A stretch of DNA of 64,000 nt from contig NC_043004.1 in assembly GCF_006345805.1 (NCBI RefSeq), forward strand, positions 79,918,001 to 79,982,000, given 5' to 3'. The notes under the pieces were generated by a model. The model did no database searches, was not told the origin of the DNA, and was given only the letters and a program-made list of their open reading frames with translations. Source of the DNA: Octopus sinensis (taxonomy: Eukaryota). Position numbers and translations under genes: made by a program. Shown piece after piece: positions 11,761 through 25,317 of this stretch (positions are counted from its first letter, which is position 1; the number at the start of each line of letters is the position of its first letter).

Positions 11761-14653
11761 TGCATCAGGGCATTTTATTATTATTATTATTGTTATAGAT
11801 ATCGCACAGTATACAATAATGTGAGATTGTTGATTGAAGATATTGTGTCTACTACGGGTTTGTTTTGTTTGTCAAGTCACAACAAGGACCTCAGACAGAC
11901 AGTACTTTACACAATATGTGTGCAGTTACAAGTAATGTTGACTTTTGCTATACATCTAGATTGTAGGGTATCTCTAAGGTTTTCTAAGGTTGGCCTCAGA
12001 CCAACCAATGCCTTGTGAGCTGATTTGGTGAATGGAAACTGAAAGAAGCCCGTCTGTATATATGTGTGTGTCTTTGTATCTTTGTTTGTTTACATCCATG
12101 TAGCTTAGCGCTTTGACAAAAGTGACTGATAGAATAAGTATCAGGCTTTCAATGAATAAGTACTGGAATCGATTTGTTTGACTAAAAATTCTTCAAAGTG
12201 GTGCCCCAGCATGGCCACAGTCTAATGACTGAAGCAATTAAAAGATAACATACTCTAGGTTATAAACGTCTTCCAACATTAATTTTGGAAAACTGAATTT
12301 TAAATACCGATGCTGCTTGATATTGTATTGATGCTTTCAAACATCAAATGTGAAATACAGAAATGGAGAGAAACACAAGACCTGTGAAAGGGTCAAGAGT
12401 TAATTCGGTAGGATCCAATTTGTGCAACGTAGAACCATTAAAAGAAGAACTGAGTCAATTATTGAACACAACAATCACAAACACAGCATCTAATCAAAGG
12501 CACCATTCTTATGTAGAATGGTCTATAGTTAAATGATCTTAGATATGTTGACTCCAAACAAGTATTATTCAAAATGGAAACTATCCAATCAGCTGTAATT
12601 TCAATGCCAAATGATAATTTCTTTCATAATATACCAGTAATCAGAATCAAAGCTTTTTTTCATCATCATCATCATCATCAACGTTTCTATATTTGCATGA
12701 ATCATGTGGAATTTTTGTTGAGGCAGATTTTCTATAGCTGGATGCCCTTCCTGTTGCTAACCCTCACCTGTTTCCATGCAGAGGTAATATTTCTCCACGG
12801 TACGCCAGGCAAAATGGTTAGCAGTATTTCATTTGTCTTTATGTTCCGAGTTCAAATTTTCTGAGGTCAACTTTGCCTTTCATCTTTTTGGGGTCGATAA
12901 ATTAAGTACCAGTTGCATACTGGGGTTGATCTAATTGACTGGCCCCCTCCCCAAAAATCTTAGGCCTAGAGTAGAAAAGAATACTTCCCCGTGGTTAAAC
13001 ACTTCCTATGAAGCTTACCACATCAACCATAATAAGTGTCTGCCAATTCTGTCATTTATGGTTTTATGAAAGTCTGGTGGGCCATGGTCCTAAGCTAAGT
13101 AAAATCCAAGAGCAGTGGTTCAAAATTCCTCAAGGGACTTACTACATTCTTTTCAATGATGTTCTGAGCCTTACTGGGCAAATCAACTGGCAAATGGTTA
13201 GGCACCAATCTGACAAAGCCATGCATCCTTCATTCTTTCAGGCGGTAGTGATTTGAGGGGGATTAAGTAGATATTTGCAGCAGGTCAAGTAACCACTTAC
13301 AGGTTTGTTCAACGTTTTTGTGGAGAGTGATAAAGAATCGGTTTTTATTTTGCTTTCTTTCTTTCTTTTTCTTTTTTTTTTTTGGTGGGGATGAGAAAAG
13401 CTTCTTTTTTTTTTTGCTTGATGGGAAAATTCAACATATCTTTCATGTTGTTTAGCAAGTTTGTCCAGAACCAACAACTTTAAATTTCCATATCAAGGAA
13501 AAAAAAAACTAAAACCTCAACCAACCCTATCCTCATAAATCTATATACATATGTACACTCGTCTATTCCCCTGCCTGTGTGTGTGTGCATTTATATCTAT
13601 TTTATTGAAAACCTGGAGAATATTCAGTCTACATGAATATTCAATGAAATGTTTAAAAAGAAAGCTCTGGTTAGCAATGGCCTGTTTCAATCTTTACTTT
13701 TCTCTGTAAGCCTTAGTGAGTTATGCTTACATAAGACATTCTTCTCAACCTTGAATTTCCTTTCTCAAAACAAGATGGTGTTTAAAAACTACAAAGAAAA
13801 CAATTTATAAATTTTCTTTGACCTAAATATGCTTATTCACCAAAATCAGTTGTCGTTAGTGAATTATTTAAGTGACAAATTGCTTTTTGTTTTCTGGAGT
13901 TTTTTTTTTTCTTTTTCAATAATTTTTTTTTATTCATAGGTCAAGGACAGTTATTTCAAAAAGCCTATATTTAGTGATTTGATACAAGCATAGCTGTGTG
14001 GTTAAGATGTTTGTTTTACAGGTATATGGTTTGGGGTTCAGTCTTACTGTATGGCACCTAGGGCAAGTGTTTTTGCTTTGGTTTTTTTTTAGAGTACCCC
14101 CAGGCCTGACAAAATCTGAGTGAATTTCATTGATGAAAACTATAGTAAACCTGTTGTGTGTATGTGTATTCTCTTTCTCTCTTTATATATATATATATAA
14201 AGAAAGAGAGAGAGAGAGAGAGAGATTGTTGTGTATTGAGAAGTTTGCTTCTCAACCACATGGTTTTTTTAGTTCAATCCCACTGTGTGACACCCTAGGC
14301 AAGTGTCTTCTGCTGTAACCTCAGGCCAACCAAAGCCTTGTGAGTGGATTTTGTAGACGAAAACTGAAAGAAGTCCAGTGTATGTGTGTGTGTGTGTGTG
14401 TGTGCGTGCGTGCGTGCGTGTGTGTACACATGTCTGAAGATTCAGGATGGTTTTTTTTTTCCTTTTGTTTTCTGCCAATTCATTTACAAAATCATTTTGA
14501 AAATTTTTAGAAAGGATTCCTAAAGTATACTTTTTAAAATTTATTTGTTTTGCATTTTTATTGCTGAAATATTTTTTTCTTTTTGTTTTGGGAACCTTAC
14601 AAAAGTATTCTAATATGTCTCTTATCACATGACCCTTTTATTTTCTATTTCAG

Positions 14654-14683
14654 ATATAATTGGATTTTAAACAAAAAGCAAAA
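14654..14683 (+). other. MYO7A: 5' UTR part of the myosin VIIa start-codon exon
   Basis: Acceptor ttttctatttcag ends at 14653, followed by 30 nt ending in an A-rich context (aaaaATG) before the ATG at 14684. Confidence 0.8.
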
Positions 14684-14701
14684 ATGGTGATTCTTGCAAA
14701 G
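14684..14701 (+). CDS. MYO7A: Myosin VIIa first coding exon segment (MVILAK)
   Basis: ATG GTG ATT CTT GCA AAG followed by the donor GTAAGT at 14702. Matches human MYO7A MVILQQ and Drosophila crinkled MVIVTR, with a phase-0 intron after 18 coding nt as in human. Confidence 0.92.
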
Positions 14702-14806
14702 GTAAGTTGATTAAAACTTTATTTTTGCTATCGTAAAGGAACTGACACCTTGTTGCTCATCTCAAATTTAATATTATTAGCAGTGATCTCTGTCTGAAGC
14801 CTTATA

Positions 14807-15354
14807 CGAGGGTGAGTCAAAAAGTAATGCCATTTTGTTTAGGACAGGTATATTTACCAACACAGGAACATGTATCATACATCAAAATGAAGCTGGTCCT
14901 CTGTGAAAAACATCCCTACTTTTCACCATAGTCACTGTTTCACTCAATAGCAACATTCCACCTTCAAATGGGAACATGTATCTCTGCCTCATAAAATTCT
15001 GTTGACTGTTGTTTGAGCCACTTCTTCACTACCTCCACACTCACCAGATTTAGCGCCTTAAGACTATCATCTCTTCGGCACCATGAAAGAGGGTTTGAGA
15101 GGTAAACATTATTCCAGTGACGAGGAAGTGAAAACTGTAGTGAAGAAGTGGCTCAAAGAACAGTAAACACAATTTTACAGAGCAGGGATACATACTCTCA
15201 TTCAAAGGTGGAATATTGCTATTGAGAGAAACGGTGACTATGTTGAGAAATAGAGATGTGATCCACCAGCTTCATTTTGATGTATGTACACGTTCCTGTG
15301 TTGGTAATTATACCTGTCCTAAACAAAATGGCATTACTTTTTGACTCGCCCTCG
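14807..15354 (+). mobile_element. Mariner-derived fold-back element (3'-end/3'-end structure)
   Basis: TA-flanked (14805-06, 15355-56) with CGAGGG termini. 15029-15253 encodes LPPHSPDLAP*DYHLFGTMKEGLRGKHYSSDEEVKTVVKKWLKEQ*TQFYRAGIHTLIQRWNIAIERNGDYVEK* (mariner YSPDLAP-x-D motif). 14807-15032 is an inverted, diverged copy of 15137-15354. Confidence 0.9.
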
Positions 15355-15889
15355 TAATTCCCTATCTGCTTGAGGTATATAACACAGATTGTCTTTTGTT
15401 CTTAGAAAGGATGAAAGAATCAATTTAACCATTTCTTAGCTAAGTGCTGACAATATATCAGGTTGTTTCTATTATAAAAAAGTTAACCTTGCTAATTTGA
15501 TATAAACATTTAAATAAACCTTTGAGAAAAACAAGTGAAATGTTGAGCCGGATTTCTAAGGTGATGCCAGTAAATGAAAACTAAGAGAAGAGATATTATG
15601 TTCACAACACACTAGAATGGCCTGCTTTGTAACAACACATTTCTCAGAACTCTTTGATAATTTATTTCTTCTATTTGAAAAGGTAAAATCTATCCTGAAA
15701 TATAATAAAATCTTTAACTCTTAAATGGTGAGGAAAGGCTGCATACTAGTGTGTGCCAAATGAGCAAAACACAAAAAATATCTCTTTTGCTTAAGGGTAA
15801 TTTTTATACTTATTTTCACTTAAAATAAGCACAAAAATTACAATACTTGTTAGTTTCTCACACAATAAAATTTGGTGGTGAAGCTTGAC

Positions 15890-16460
15890 CTTTGAACGTT
15901 GGGCCTCACAGAGGCAATGACAAAAGACTGAGACCTCTGGAGGTATGCTGTGACTGAGAAGACCCGGCAAATAAAGTGAGTTCACAGCAGTAACCTACAC
16001 CAGTGTTGCATAACCAGCCCACTCAAATGTACTTTGGATCATAGGGTGACATGCTGTGCTTGAGGAGACCTATTAAATCAAGTTCATCAACAGTAATATC
16101 AAAATCAAATGAAATGGAAATTGTAGTTGTGACCCTCGTGCTGGTAGCACGTAAAAAGCACCATCCGAACATGGCCAATGCCAGTGCTGCTTTGACTGGC
16201 TTCTGTGCTGGTGGCTCAGAAAAAGCACCATCTGATCATGGTCGTTGCCAGCCCCCTCTGGCCCCTGTGCTAGTGGCATGTGAAAAGCACCCACTACACT
16301 CTGAGTGGTTGGCATTAGGAAGGGCATCCAGCTGTAGAAACACTACCAGATCAGATTGGGGTCTGGTGCAGCCTCCTGGTTTCCCAGACCCCAGTCGAAC
16401 CATCCAACCCATGCTAACATGGAAAACAGACATTAAATGATGGTGATGATGATGATGATT
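15890..16460 (+). mobile_element. Family B element, longest copy seen
   Basis: Extended 5' region cgttgggcctcacagaggcaatgac... with no evident tRNA head, followed by the same core and (GAT)n tail. Confidence 0.75.
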
Positions 16461-16934
16461 ATCAGAGAGCGCTGTAAAATATTCATCTTGCTATGATCAT
16501 GGCTGTATCGATGTAAAAAATTTGATACATAAATTCTTGATATATGCTGTTCTCTAACAAAACATCAAGTGATAATATCCCTTTTGAAGGATCAAACAAC
16601 TTATGTAAGAGAATACAATAGATTTTATCTTTGTTTTTATTTATTGATTTCTTACATATTTTGTCCAATTTCTCTCCTTCATTGCTAAAAGGTTTTTTTT
16701 CTTTTTTTTATTACACCCTAAACAATGCTTCAGACACGTTAGAATACTCTCTTAATTTGATAATTAGTTAATTTTAAAATAATTTCATTATTTTAAAGCA
16801 CTTTTAGAAATAACTGAGCATTTATTGGTGGTATGACTCAATACTGAAAGGAGAGTCAAAGTTATTGAGTAGTTCTAGTCAACATGATTTTAACCATCTT
16901 TTAAAGATTATAACTGGAATATTGTTGTTGTTAC

Positions 16935-16973
<39 letters not shown>

Positions 16974-18116
16974 CTGAGTGGTTCAGAATAATTCTAGATA
17001 AATTATTAGACATTTTTTTTCCTAAATGAGATAATTTAGTTTAATAAAAAAATTCACAAACATGATTTTTAAAAATAATAAAATCATGCTTGAATATGTG
17101 GAAAAAAAATTATTAAAAATAATATTCTAGAGACTAATATAATTTCAATAACACCAATTTAAAAGAAGCGATAATACCAGATAAATTGTTTATGAAAGAA
17201 TGTTCCACCATTTTGAATAAACTCAGCTTTGATCTGAGAATAATGTCAAAAGAGTCAAAAGACTAACGACTGATTAACATCATTGTCATTCATTAATGCC
17301 TACTTTCCCATGCTTGCATGGAATAGACAAATTTGTTGAGACAGATTTTCTATGGCTGGATGCTCTTTCAGTCACCAACCTTCACCTGTTTTCATGGAAG
17401 AAAGGAATCAAACAACCTCGCTTGTATGATGGTGAGGCTCATTTACAAACAATGTCAAATCAAAGTTACACACACACACACACAATGGTTTTCTTTCAGT
17501 TTTTGTCTGCCAAATCCACTCACTAAGCTTTGGTTGACCTGGGACTATAACATGTCCAGGGTGTCACACAGTGGAACTGAACCCAGAACCACACGGTTGG
17601 AAAGCAAACTTCTTAACCACACAGCCACACCTACACCTATTATTCACTGACACTTCTTGTGGTCAACATTCATTTCTATCATATGTTTTCCTTCTGAGTT
17701 TGTAAGGTGTGATTTGAGGGAGATTTTACTGTTATTTCTAGCAGATCATATGATGTAACCATCTAGAAGCTCCCTCTTTAGCTGCCTTCATGTCATGAAC
17801 TTTCTATATCTTATACTATCAGTTTGTCTTGTACAAAGGCAGTGGCAAAAACCATTGATACTTGTAGGAATTGTGCTGGCAATTTACCATTGATTAAAGA
17901 CCAAACATTATTTAATTGCATTTTCCTTAGATTATATTTTAATAATTGCAAATAGTTGCAGGCGTGGCTGTGTGGTCAAGAAGACTTTTTTCTAATTAAA
18001 TAGTGTTGGGTTCAGTCCCACTGCATGGCACTTTGGGCAAGTGTATTCTACTACAGCCCCGGGCAAACCGAAGCTTAGTGAGTGGATTTGGTTGACAGAA
18101 ACAGAAAGAAAACCAT

Positions 18117-18210
18117 TGTATGTATGTATGTATGTATGTATGTATGTATGTATGTATGTATGTATGTATGTATGTATGCATGTATGTATGTATGTATGTA
18201 TGTGTGTATG

Positions 18211-18244
<34 letters not shown>

Positions 18245-18564
18245 TGTATGTATGTATGTATGTATGCATGCATGCATGCATGCATGCATGTATGTATGCA
18301 TGCATGTATGTATGCATGTATGTATGTATGCATGCATGTATGCATGCATGCATGCATGCATGTATATATGCATGCATGCATGCATGTATATATGCATGCA
18401 TGTATGCATGCATGTATATATGCATGCATGTATGCATGCATGTATATATGCATGCATGTATGCATGCATGTATATATGCATGCATGTATGCATGCATGTA
18501 TATATGCATGTATGTATGCATGCATGTATATATGCATGTATGTATGCATGCATGTATGTATGTA
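18117..18564. repeat. Long (TATG/CATG)n compound microsatellite in a SINE hinge
   Basis: About 450 bp of tetranucleotide repeat directly after a family C head (17957-18116). Confidence 0.97.
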
Positions 18565-20090
18565 AATGAGCTTCATCATCATACAAGCCTTTTGCATTGG
18601 ATTTGATAGATGGAAGCTGAAAGAAACCCATGTATGTCTGAGTATTTGTTTGTGTGTACCCTTATGGTGACCTTGCGTGGTGGTGTGAATGAACATCACC
18701 AAAATACAACTGATGTTGTTCATTTTCAGTCTTCCAGAAAGAAATAGTATTTTGCTTGGAAGCAGTTGTCGGTTGGCAACTGGAAGGATATCCAGAAGGC
18801 AATTGCCATCAGTAATTACTCAGGGTAGGTAATTGGTGATGTTTATGTAGTAAAACACACAAAAAATAAGCAAAACACAGCCGACTGAGTTGAAGGCAGA
18901 TTTACTTCTGCCTTTATAGCACATAAAGAAAACATTGTTGTAGGAATGTATGCAGCATGTGTGCTACAGCAGTACTATGTGTAGTTTAAATATTGAGATT
19001 GAAAGGCAGGGGGGAATTATGCTTACCTAATCTACGTAAAAATAAAATATTTTGTATTTTATGCAAAGTAACAAGAGTAACCTTCATAATTTTATTGCAT
19101 TTGGTGCATATTTTGCCATAAAAGGGAAATGTTGCTATTGATCTAGTTTATTTAAGGCAGGCACTGCATACCTTGCCTACCCAGGTGGCATGTCCCTGGT
19201 ATCTGCCTCAACAAATTCCATCTGACCAATGTAAACATGGAAAAGTAGGCATTAAAAAAGGTGATGATGGTTTGTTTATAAGTGCAACTAAAAACAACAG
19301 CAGAGTTAGAGCCAAAACCTTGTTTGATGGTTGAAAGCTTTTTTTGTGTGTTTTGGTTAGTTTTAGATGAAATTTTAATCTCTTTCTGAATCTTGGATAC
19401 TTAATCATTGATTAATTTTGTGCTGTATTTTTATAAACGAGAATTAAACTCTCTTCTAGTCCTGAATATTTAACTCCTTTGTTTTTGTAAGTCAAGCCCA
19501 ACCAGGACATGATTAAGGTCTTGTCTAGGCAAGATTATTCGGAAAGAAATACTTGTCTTAATCTTGTTTAAAAAGGAATTTTTATTTATTAATAATTTTT
19601 CTGACCACAATTGCAGTTAAGTTGAGATCAGTTCAATCCCACTGTACAGCATCTTGGATAAGAGTCTTTCCTACAGCCTCAGGTTGACCAGTGCTTTGTA
19701 AATGGAATCGGTTGATTGAAAATGTGCAGAAGCTTAAGAGGTTCTTTTTAAAAAAAAATCAAATCTAGTGTTTCACGTTCACTTTCAATTTCATCAAACT
19801 TGTCCTCTTCCAAATAATTCCAGCCACTGTTAATATGGTATCCAGCGAATTTGTCTACTATTCATCTATGATGGCAATTTATGGATACGGTTCATCTACA
19901 ACAACTCACAATGGTAGAAGCATTAGAAAATCAGACAAAATGCTTTGTGGCATTTCTTCCAGTTTTTTTTTATTTTTCAAAGTTCAATTTCTGTCAAACT
20001 CAACTTTGCCTTTCACCCTTTCATGGTCTCAAGAGAATAAGTACCAGTTGAACACTGGGGTCAATGTAATCAACTTACCCTATTCCTTAA

Positions 20091-20311
20091 CCCTTTCGTT
20101 ACTGAATTTATTTAGAGATGCTCTGTGTTTCTTTCAATTATTTTAAATATAACAAAGAATTTAGTGAAATAACTTCGTTATCATTAAGCTAGTGTTAGGA
20201 ACATAAATTGTGACTAAGGTTTGGTGGAAGATTTTAATTCAAAATTTATGAAAACAAGACATGTGTATTAAAGATCTAGAGCCAGTTTCAGCCGGGTTGG
20301 TAACGAAAGGA
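20091..20311. mobile_element. piggyBac-type MITE
   Basis: TTAA at 20087-90 and 20312-15; termini CCCTTTCGTTAC / GTAACGAAAGGA. Confidence 0.75.
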
Positions 20312-20432
20312 TTAAAACTGTAGGCCTTGTATCAACAATTTGTGACCATAATTAGACTGAAGTTCAAGGTCATCGTACACAGCACTGCAGTTGTGAGGAC
20401 ACCGTTCCGGTTGGTTTGATATGCTGTTTTAA

Positions 20433-20590
20433 CCCTTGAGCATTTAAACCAGCCATATCCTGCCAAAATATTCAACCAGTTTTATGTTCACACTGGCCAG
20501 ATCCAGCCTCTCGTGCTTACCAGTCATTGAAATCTCAGAGCTACAAGATAGTGAATGACTGATTCATGTCAATGTGAATAAATAAGCTTT
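20433..20590. mobile_element. Second piggyBac-type MITE family, truncated
   Basis: ttaacccttgagcatttaaaccagccatatcc... is the reverse complement of the end of the copy at 41389-41608. Confidence 0.65.
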
Positions 20591-20593
20591 AGA

Positions 20594-20820
20594 AAATTAC
20601 TATTTTAAAATCTCTCAACGTGAGATATTCAGCAACAGTACTTTGGAGTAAAGATCGTTTGCCAACATAACATGACAGTCCTGGTTTAGGACGAATGTTG
20701 CTGTAATTTAGCTCTGGGAGACATCATCTCCAGCTGGCTATATGACACGATCTGTGTCCTTATATTTTCGAACGAGGGTGTGCTAGATTCCCTTGTTCAA
20801 AAATATAAGGACACTGATCA
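20594..20820. mobile_element. Long-palindrome (fold-back) element: left arm plus centre
   Basis: Matches the arms of the 33341-33650 element; the centre gtgtccttatattttcgaacgaggg...cccttgttcaaaaatataaggacac is itself an inverted repeat. Confidence 0.75.
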
Positions 20821-21429
20821 TATCCTTATATTACCCAGTCAATTAGCATAAAAAAAAAACTCCATCTGGTGGTGTTTAAAATCTAAAAACAAACACAAGG
20901 GTGGTAACTCCAATAAAGTCAGTTGATCGAAATTTGTCAGATAGACAAATAGAGATTGAAATACAAAGAATATTAAATTAAAATTATTGATTTGAATTCT
21001 TCCACACAATTTGATAATGGAAAAGTTCAACTGATACAGACTTGAACTGATACAGAATACAAAGAAATTGATTGAAAAAAAAATATAGAAAAATCTAATT
21101 TATCATATTATTTGTATGAAAATTTTTACTAGAAAATTTAGATGTATTTCTTCCCCAAATGGTTTTTAAAATTAGTTTTGTTTGTTTCAGTGTATATTAA
21201 TTACTTAAATTAAATTTAATTTCTCATAGCAAAATGTAATAATTTTGTTAATGGCTTGGAAAATCTTAAAATATGTTTATTTCTCTCTTTTAATTTTGTT
21301 TTCCAATTTTCATATAATTACAGTTTCTAACAAAGGTATGAGACCTGAAATTTTGTGTAGGGGTGGGTGGGTAGTCAGTGCAATCAACCCTCAGTATTTT
21401 ACTGGTATTTTATTTTAATGAACAGTGAA

Positions 21430-21745
21430 GCCACATGGATTATTGGTCAAGGTATTCAGCTCACGAGTCCAAGGTCATGAGTTTGATTCCTGGTGATGTG
21501 TTGTGTCCTTGAGCAAGACACTATTTCACTCAGCTGGCAGAAATAATCCTAAAGAGCCAGCCTTGTCATATCCTGTGTCATGCTGAATCTCCCTGAGAAC
21601 TATGTTGAGGGTATATGTGTCTGGAGAGTGCTCAGCCATGTCATCATCATCATCATCATTGTTTAACGTCCGTTTTCCGTGCTAGCACGGGTTGGACCAA
21701 TGTGTATGTTAATTTTATGAGATTGACTGGAACCCTGATTGTCAT
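21430..21745 (+). mobile_element. tRNA-headed SINE, family E (interrupted); second copy at about 49000-49300
   Basis: Shared gtccttgagcaagaca...cactcagctggca...agccttgtca...ctgaatctccctgagaactatg sequence in both copies. Confidence 0.7.
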
Positions 21746-23790
21746 AAAGAACAAAGTACCAGAGAGGAATGGATGACAAAGCTGATCTTTTGGCAGGATT
21801 CAAACTCTTGCAATAACAATACAAGCCATAGATTACCAATCATCTTGAATTTCAAACCCTTTTCATTTTTGATATTAGGCTCGCAGAACTGTTCAGGGAT
21901 TGAACAAATTGCTTTAATAGTATTTAAATATGGCTCTCTACAATCTGAGTTCAACCCATACTAGGTTAGCTTTGCCTTTCCTATTTTCTTTATCATCATC
22001 ATGGTCTTAATATCTTCTTTTCCATGCTTGCTTGGGTCAGACGGAATTCGTTGAGGGGATTTTCTACAGCCAGATGCACTTCGTTTCACTAGAACCCTCC
22101 TGTTTTGAAGCAAGGTATTGGTTATCGATGGTCTTACATGTTTCCATGGGAAATTAGAAATAAACGACACTGCTTGTATGTCAGTGGCACTTGTATACAA
22201 CCATCAATCAATGTCAAGACAAGGATACACGCATGCATGCATACAACTTCCCGTCTACCAAATCCACTCATAAAGCTACAGTCAGCTATAGTGCAAAACA
22301 CTTGCCCAAGGTGCCATATAAAGGATCTGAACCCAAAACTACATGGTTGGTGATTGAACCTCTTAACTGCACAGCTATTCTTGCACTTAAATGGCTGTTA
22401 TACTAAAGTACCAGTCACATACTGAGGTTAATTCAAACTCACCCTCCGTTCATGTTTGACCTTGTACCAATGTTAGAAATCAATATTTTGAGCATTTATA
22501 TCTCTGAACTTGACCTAAATCATATAGGTTTTTATAGACATTTGTTAGTATAGATTATCTTAATCTCAAATCCTGGAGATTATCCTTCAATCCTGGCATG
22601 TGCTCTGTATGCACGCTTTGTAATTTCTCTGTTGATAGTTGTTGTGGGCACAACATTAGCAATAACAGTGAGTTTATATTTTAGTGGTAATGGTTGCATT
22701 AATAGTTGTGGTAGTAGTTGTAACAACAATATTAATGATCCCATGACCAGAGAGTAAATGATGATTGGTTGGCCAGATAGAGGTTAAATTCCTAATCTTG
22801 AGTTTAGTGTTAGGCAGTAAATCCTCTCTCGGTGGTTAACATTTGAACAACTGGAAGGAAATAATTTTGCTCTTTGAAAACAGCTTTTTTTTCTCTGCTT
22901 GTGGGTGCAGTTAATTGCAACTGCAGTTAACCACTGTTGCAGGCATGCCTCAACAATATTTTCACAAGACACCAGAACAGTATTACTGTTCTGATATTAC
23001 CAATAATGCAGTTCAAAAACAACTTACCGATTGTTATCTTCATCTTCTGGTAAGAGGACAAAAATTCTTGTCTATTTTATTCTTTTATCGTTTATTTGTT
23101 GTAAACACTGGACCGTGGCCATGCTGGAGGTCGGGGTGGGGTGGGGTGTAGCCCTGTCTTGATAAGGTTAGTTGATAAGCTCTTGGTACTATCTTTTTCT
23201 TTTTTTTTTCAAGTCTGGTACTTATTTTGTCAGTCTCTTTTTTTCTGAACTGCTAAGTCATGGGGATGTAAACAAACCAACACTAGTTGTTGTCATGCAG
23301 TGGTGAGGGACAAACACACACACACCACCACACACACACACACCACACACACACACACACACACCATACACACATACACAAACACACACACATTGTACAT
23401 GATAAGCTTCTTTCAGTTACCATATGCCAAACCCATTCTTAAGCTTTTGGTCAGCCTGTGACCATAGAAGACTCTTGCCCAAGTCTCCACACAGTGGGAT
23501 TGAAACCCAAATGATGTGATTGGGAAACCAGACTTCTTAACCTTGCAACTCATGCCAATGTCTGCTAGGTACCAAAGTAAAACTTTAAAACTTACCCTTT
23601 TTACCTTATTTGTCATTAGACCATGGCCATGCTGGGGCACTGCCTAGAAGAATCTTTACTTGAATGAATTGACTCAAGTACTCTTATTTTTTTGTTAAGC
23701 CTGGTGCCTATTCTATTGGTCTGTTTTGTCGAACTGCTAAGTTATAGGGATGTAAATATACCAAAACCAGTTGTCAGGCTGATGGGGAGA

Positions 23791-23821
<31 letters not shown>

Positions 23822-24939
23822 TCATCAGTTGGAGGATTGAAAAAGGCATGTCAAAAGAGTTCATATAGTGGCGCATCACGTAATAGAATGCGCAAAATTT
23901 TCGCCGAACTCAAGAGTCATAGAAGGGCCTTGCATTGTATCAGCGATGACTCATTTCATTGACTGACTCTTTCTAGCAATGGCTTTGCTCATATATGAGA
24001 AAGCAGCTAAGATATATAATAATAATAATCATAAATGGCACGTAAAAATCACCCACTACACTCATGGAGTGGTTGGCGTTAGGAAGGGCGTCTAGCTGTA
24101 GAAACACTGCCAGATCAGACTGGAGCCTGGTGCAGCCTTCTTATCAAATTTCATTTATTTATTTATGCTGTGTCCTTCAATGTACTTCTTTGTATGTGTA
24201 CTTTCATTTTTGCTTCTCGTATTTTTTTAATAATAATCCTGCATTTATTGGCTACGTCATTTCAATAAATGGGAGCAACTCTGGAGGTGTATAACTTGTT
24301 TCAATCTAACATTTTTTTCTAGTACCTCAGTAAATGACTCATTATCTTGTGTGTGTGTGTAGATATATATATATATGACGCATGTTCTTTGTGCATCCTG
24401 TTTGGTTAAAAGTCAATCCAAATATTAGTTGTTTTGTATATGTAAAGTCAAGGATTTAAAACAGGAACTCTAGTAACTATTTATCAATAAATACACATAC
24501 ATTCTTCTCTACTCTAGATTTTATTGACCCCAAAAGGATGAAAGGCAAAGTCGACTTGGACGGAATTTGAACTCAGAATGTAAAGACAGATGAAATACCG
24601 CTAAGCATTTTGCCTGGCACACTAACATTTCTGTTAGCTTGCTGCCTTAAATAAACATTCTTTTCTACTCTAGGCACAAGGCCTAAAATTTTGGGGGAGG
24701 GGGCCAGTTGATAAGATTTACCCCAGTATGCAACTGGTACTTAATTTATTGACCCCAAAAGGATGAAAGGCAAAGTTGAACTTGGCAGAATTTGAACTCA
24801 GAATGTAAAGACAGACGAAATACCACTAAGCATTCTGCCCGGTGCACTAACATTTCTGCCAGCTTATCGTCTTCAAATACACATACATTAACTGCAAATA
24901 TTTTATCCTTTTATTGTCATAAGAGCTATCAGATGAGGC

Positions 24940-25168
24940 TGGCATCGTGGCCGTTTGCCAGCCTCGTCTGGCACCTGTGCCGGTGGCATGTAAAAAGCAC
25001 CCACTACACTCACGGAGTGGTTGGCATTAGGAAGGGCATCCAGCCATAGAAACACTGCCAGACCAGACTGGGCCTGGTGCAGCCTTCTGGCTTCCCAGAC
25101 CCCAGTTGAACCATCCAACACATGCTAGCATGGAAAGCGGACGCTAAACGATGATGATGATGATGATT
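24940..25168 (+). mobile_element. Family B element, 5'-truncated, CpG-rich
   Basis: Close match to 59860-60075 (core and tail gcatggaaagcggacgctaaacgatgatg). Confidence 0.85.
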
Positions 25169-25177
25169 GATGATGAT

Positions 25178-25317
<140 letters not shown>

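Noticed and set aside
17992-18723. Long ORFs of 148-243 aa (YMHA/CMYV repeats), and similar ORFs at 5.3, 8.5, 25, 32, 47, 59 and 62 kb
   Set aside because: They are translations of microsatellites that lack stop codons; no protein signal.
19760-19900. Protein-like minus-strand peptide IVDKFAGYHINSGWNYLEEDKFDEIESERETLDL
   Set aside because: Bounded by stops, no convincing splice sites and no family I recognise.
23850-23990. Short CpG-rich stretch with a GCGCAT/ATGCGC hairpin and a TGACTCA (AP-1-like) motif
   Set aside because: Too short and single-copy to distinguish a TE fragment from a regulatory site or chance.
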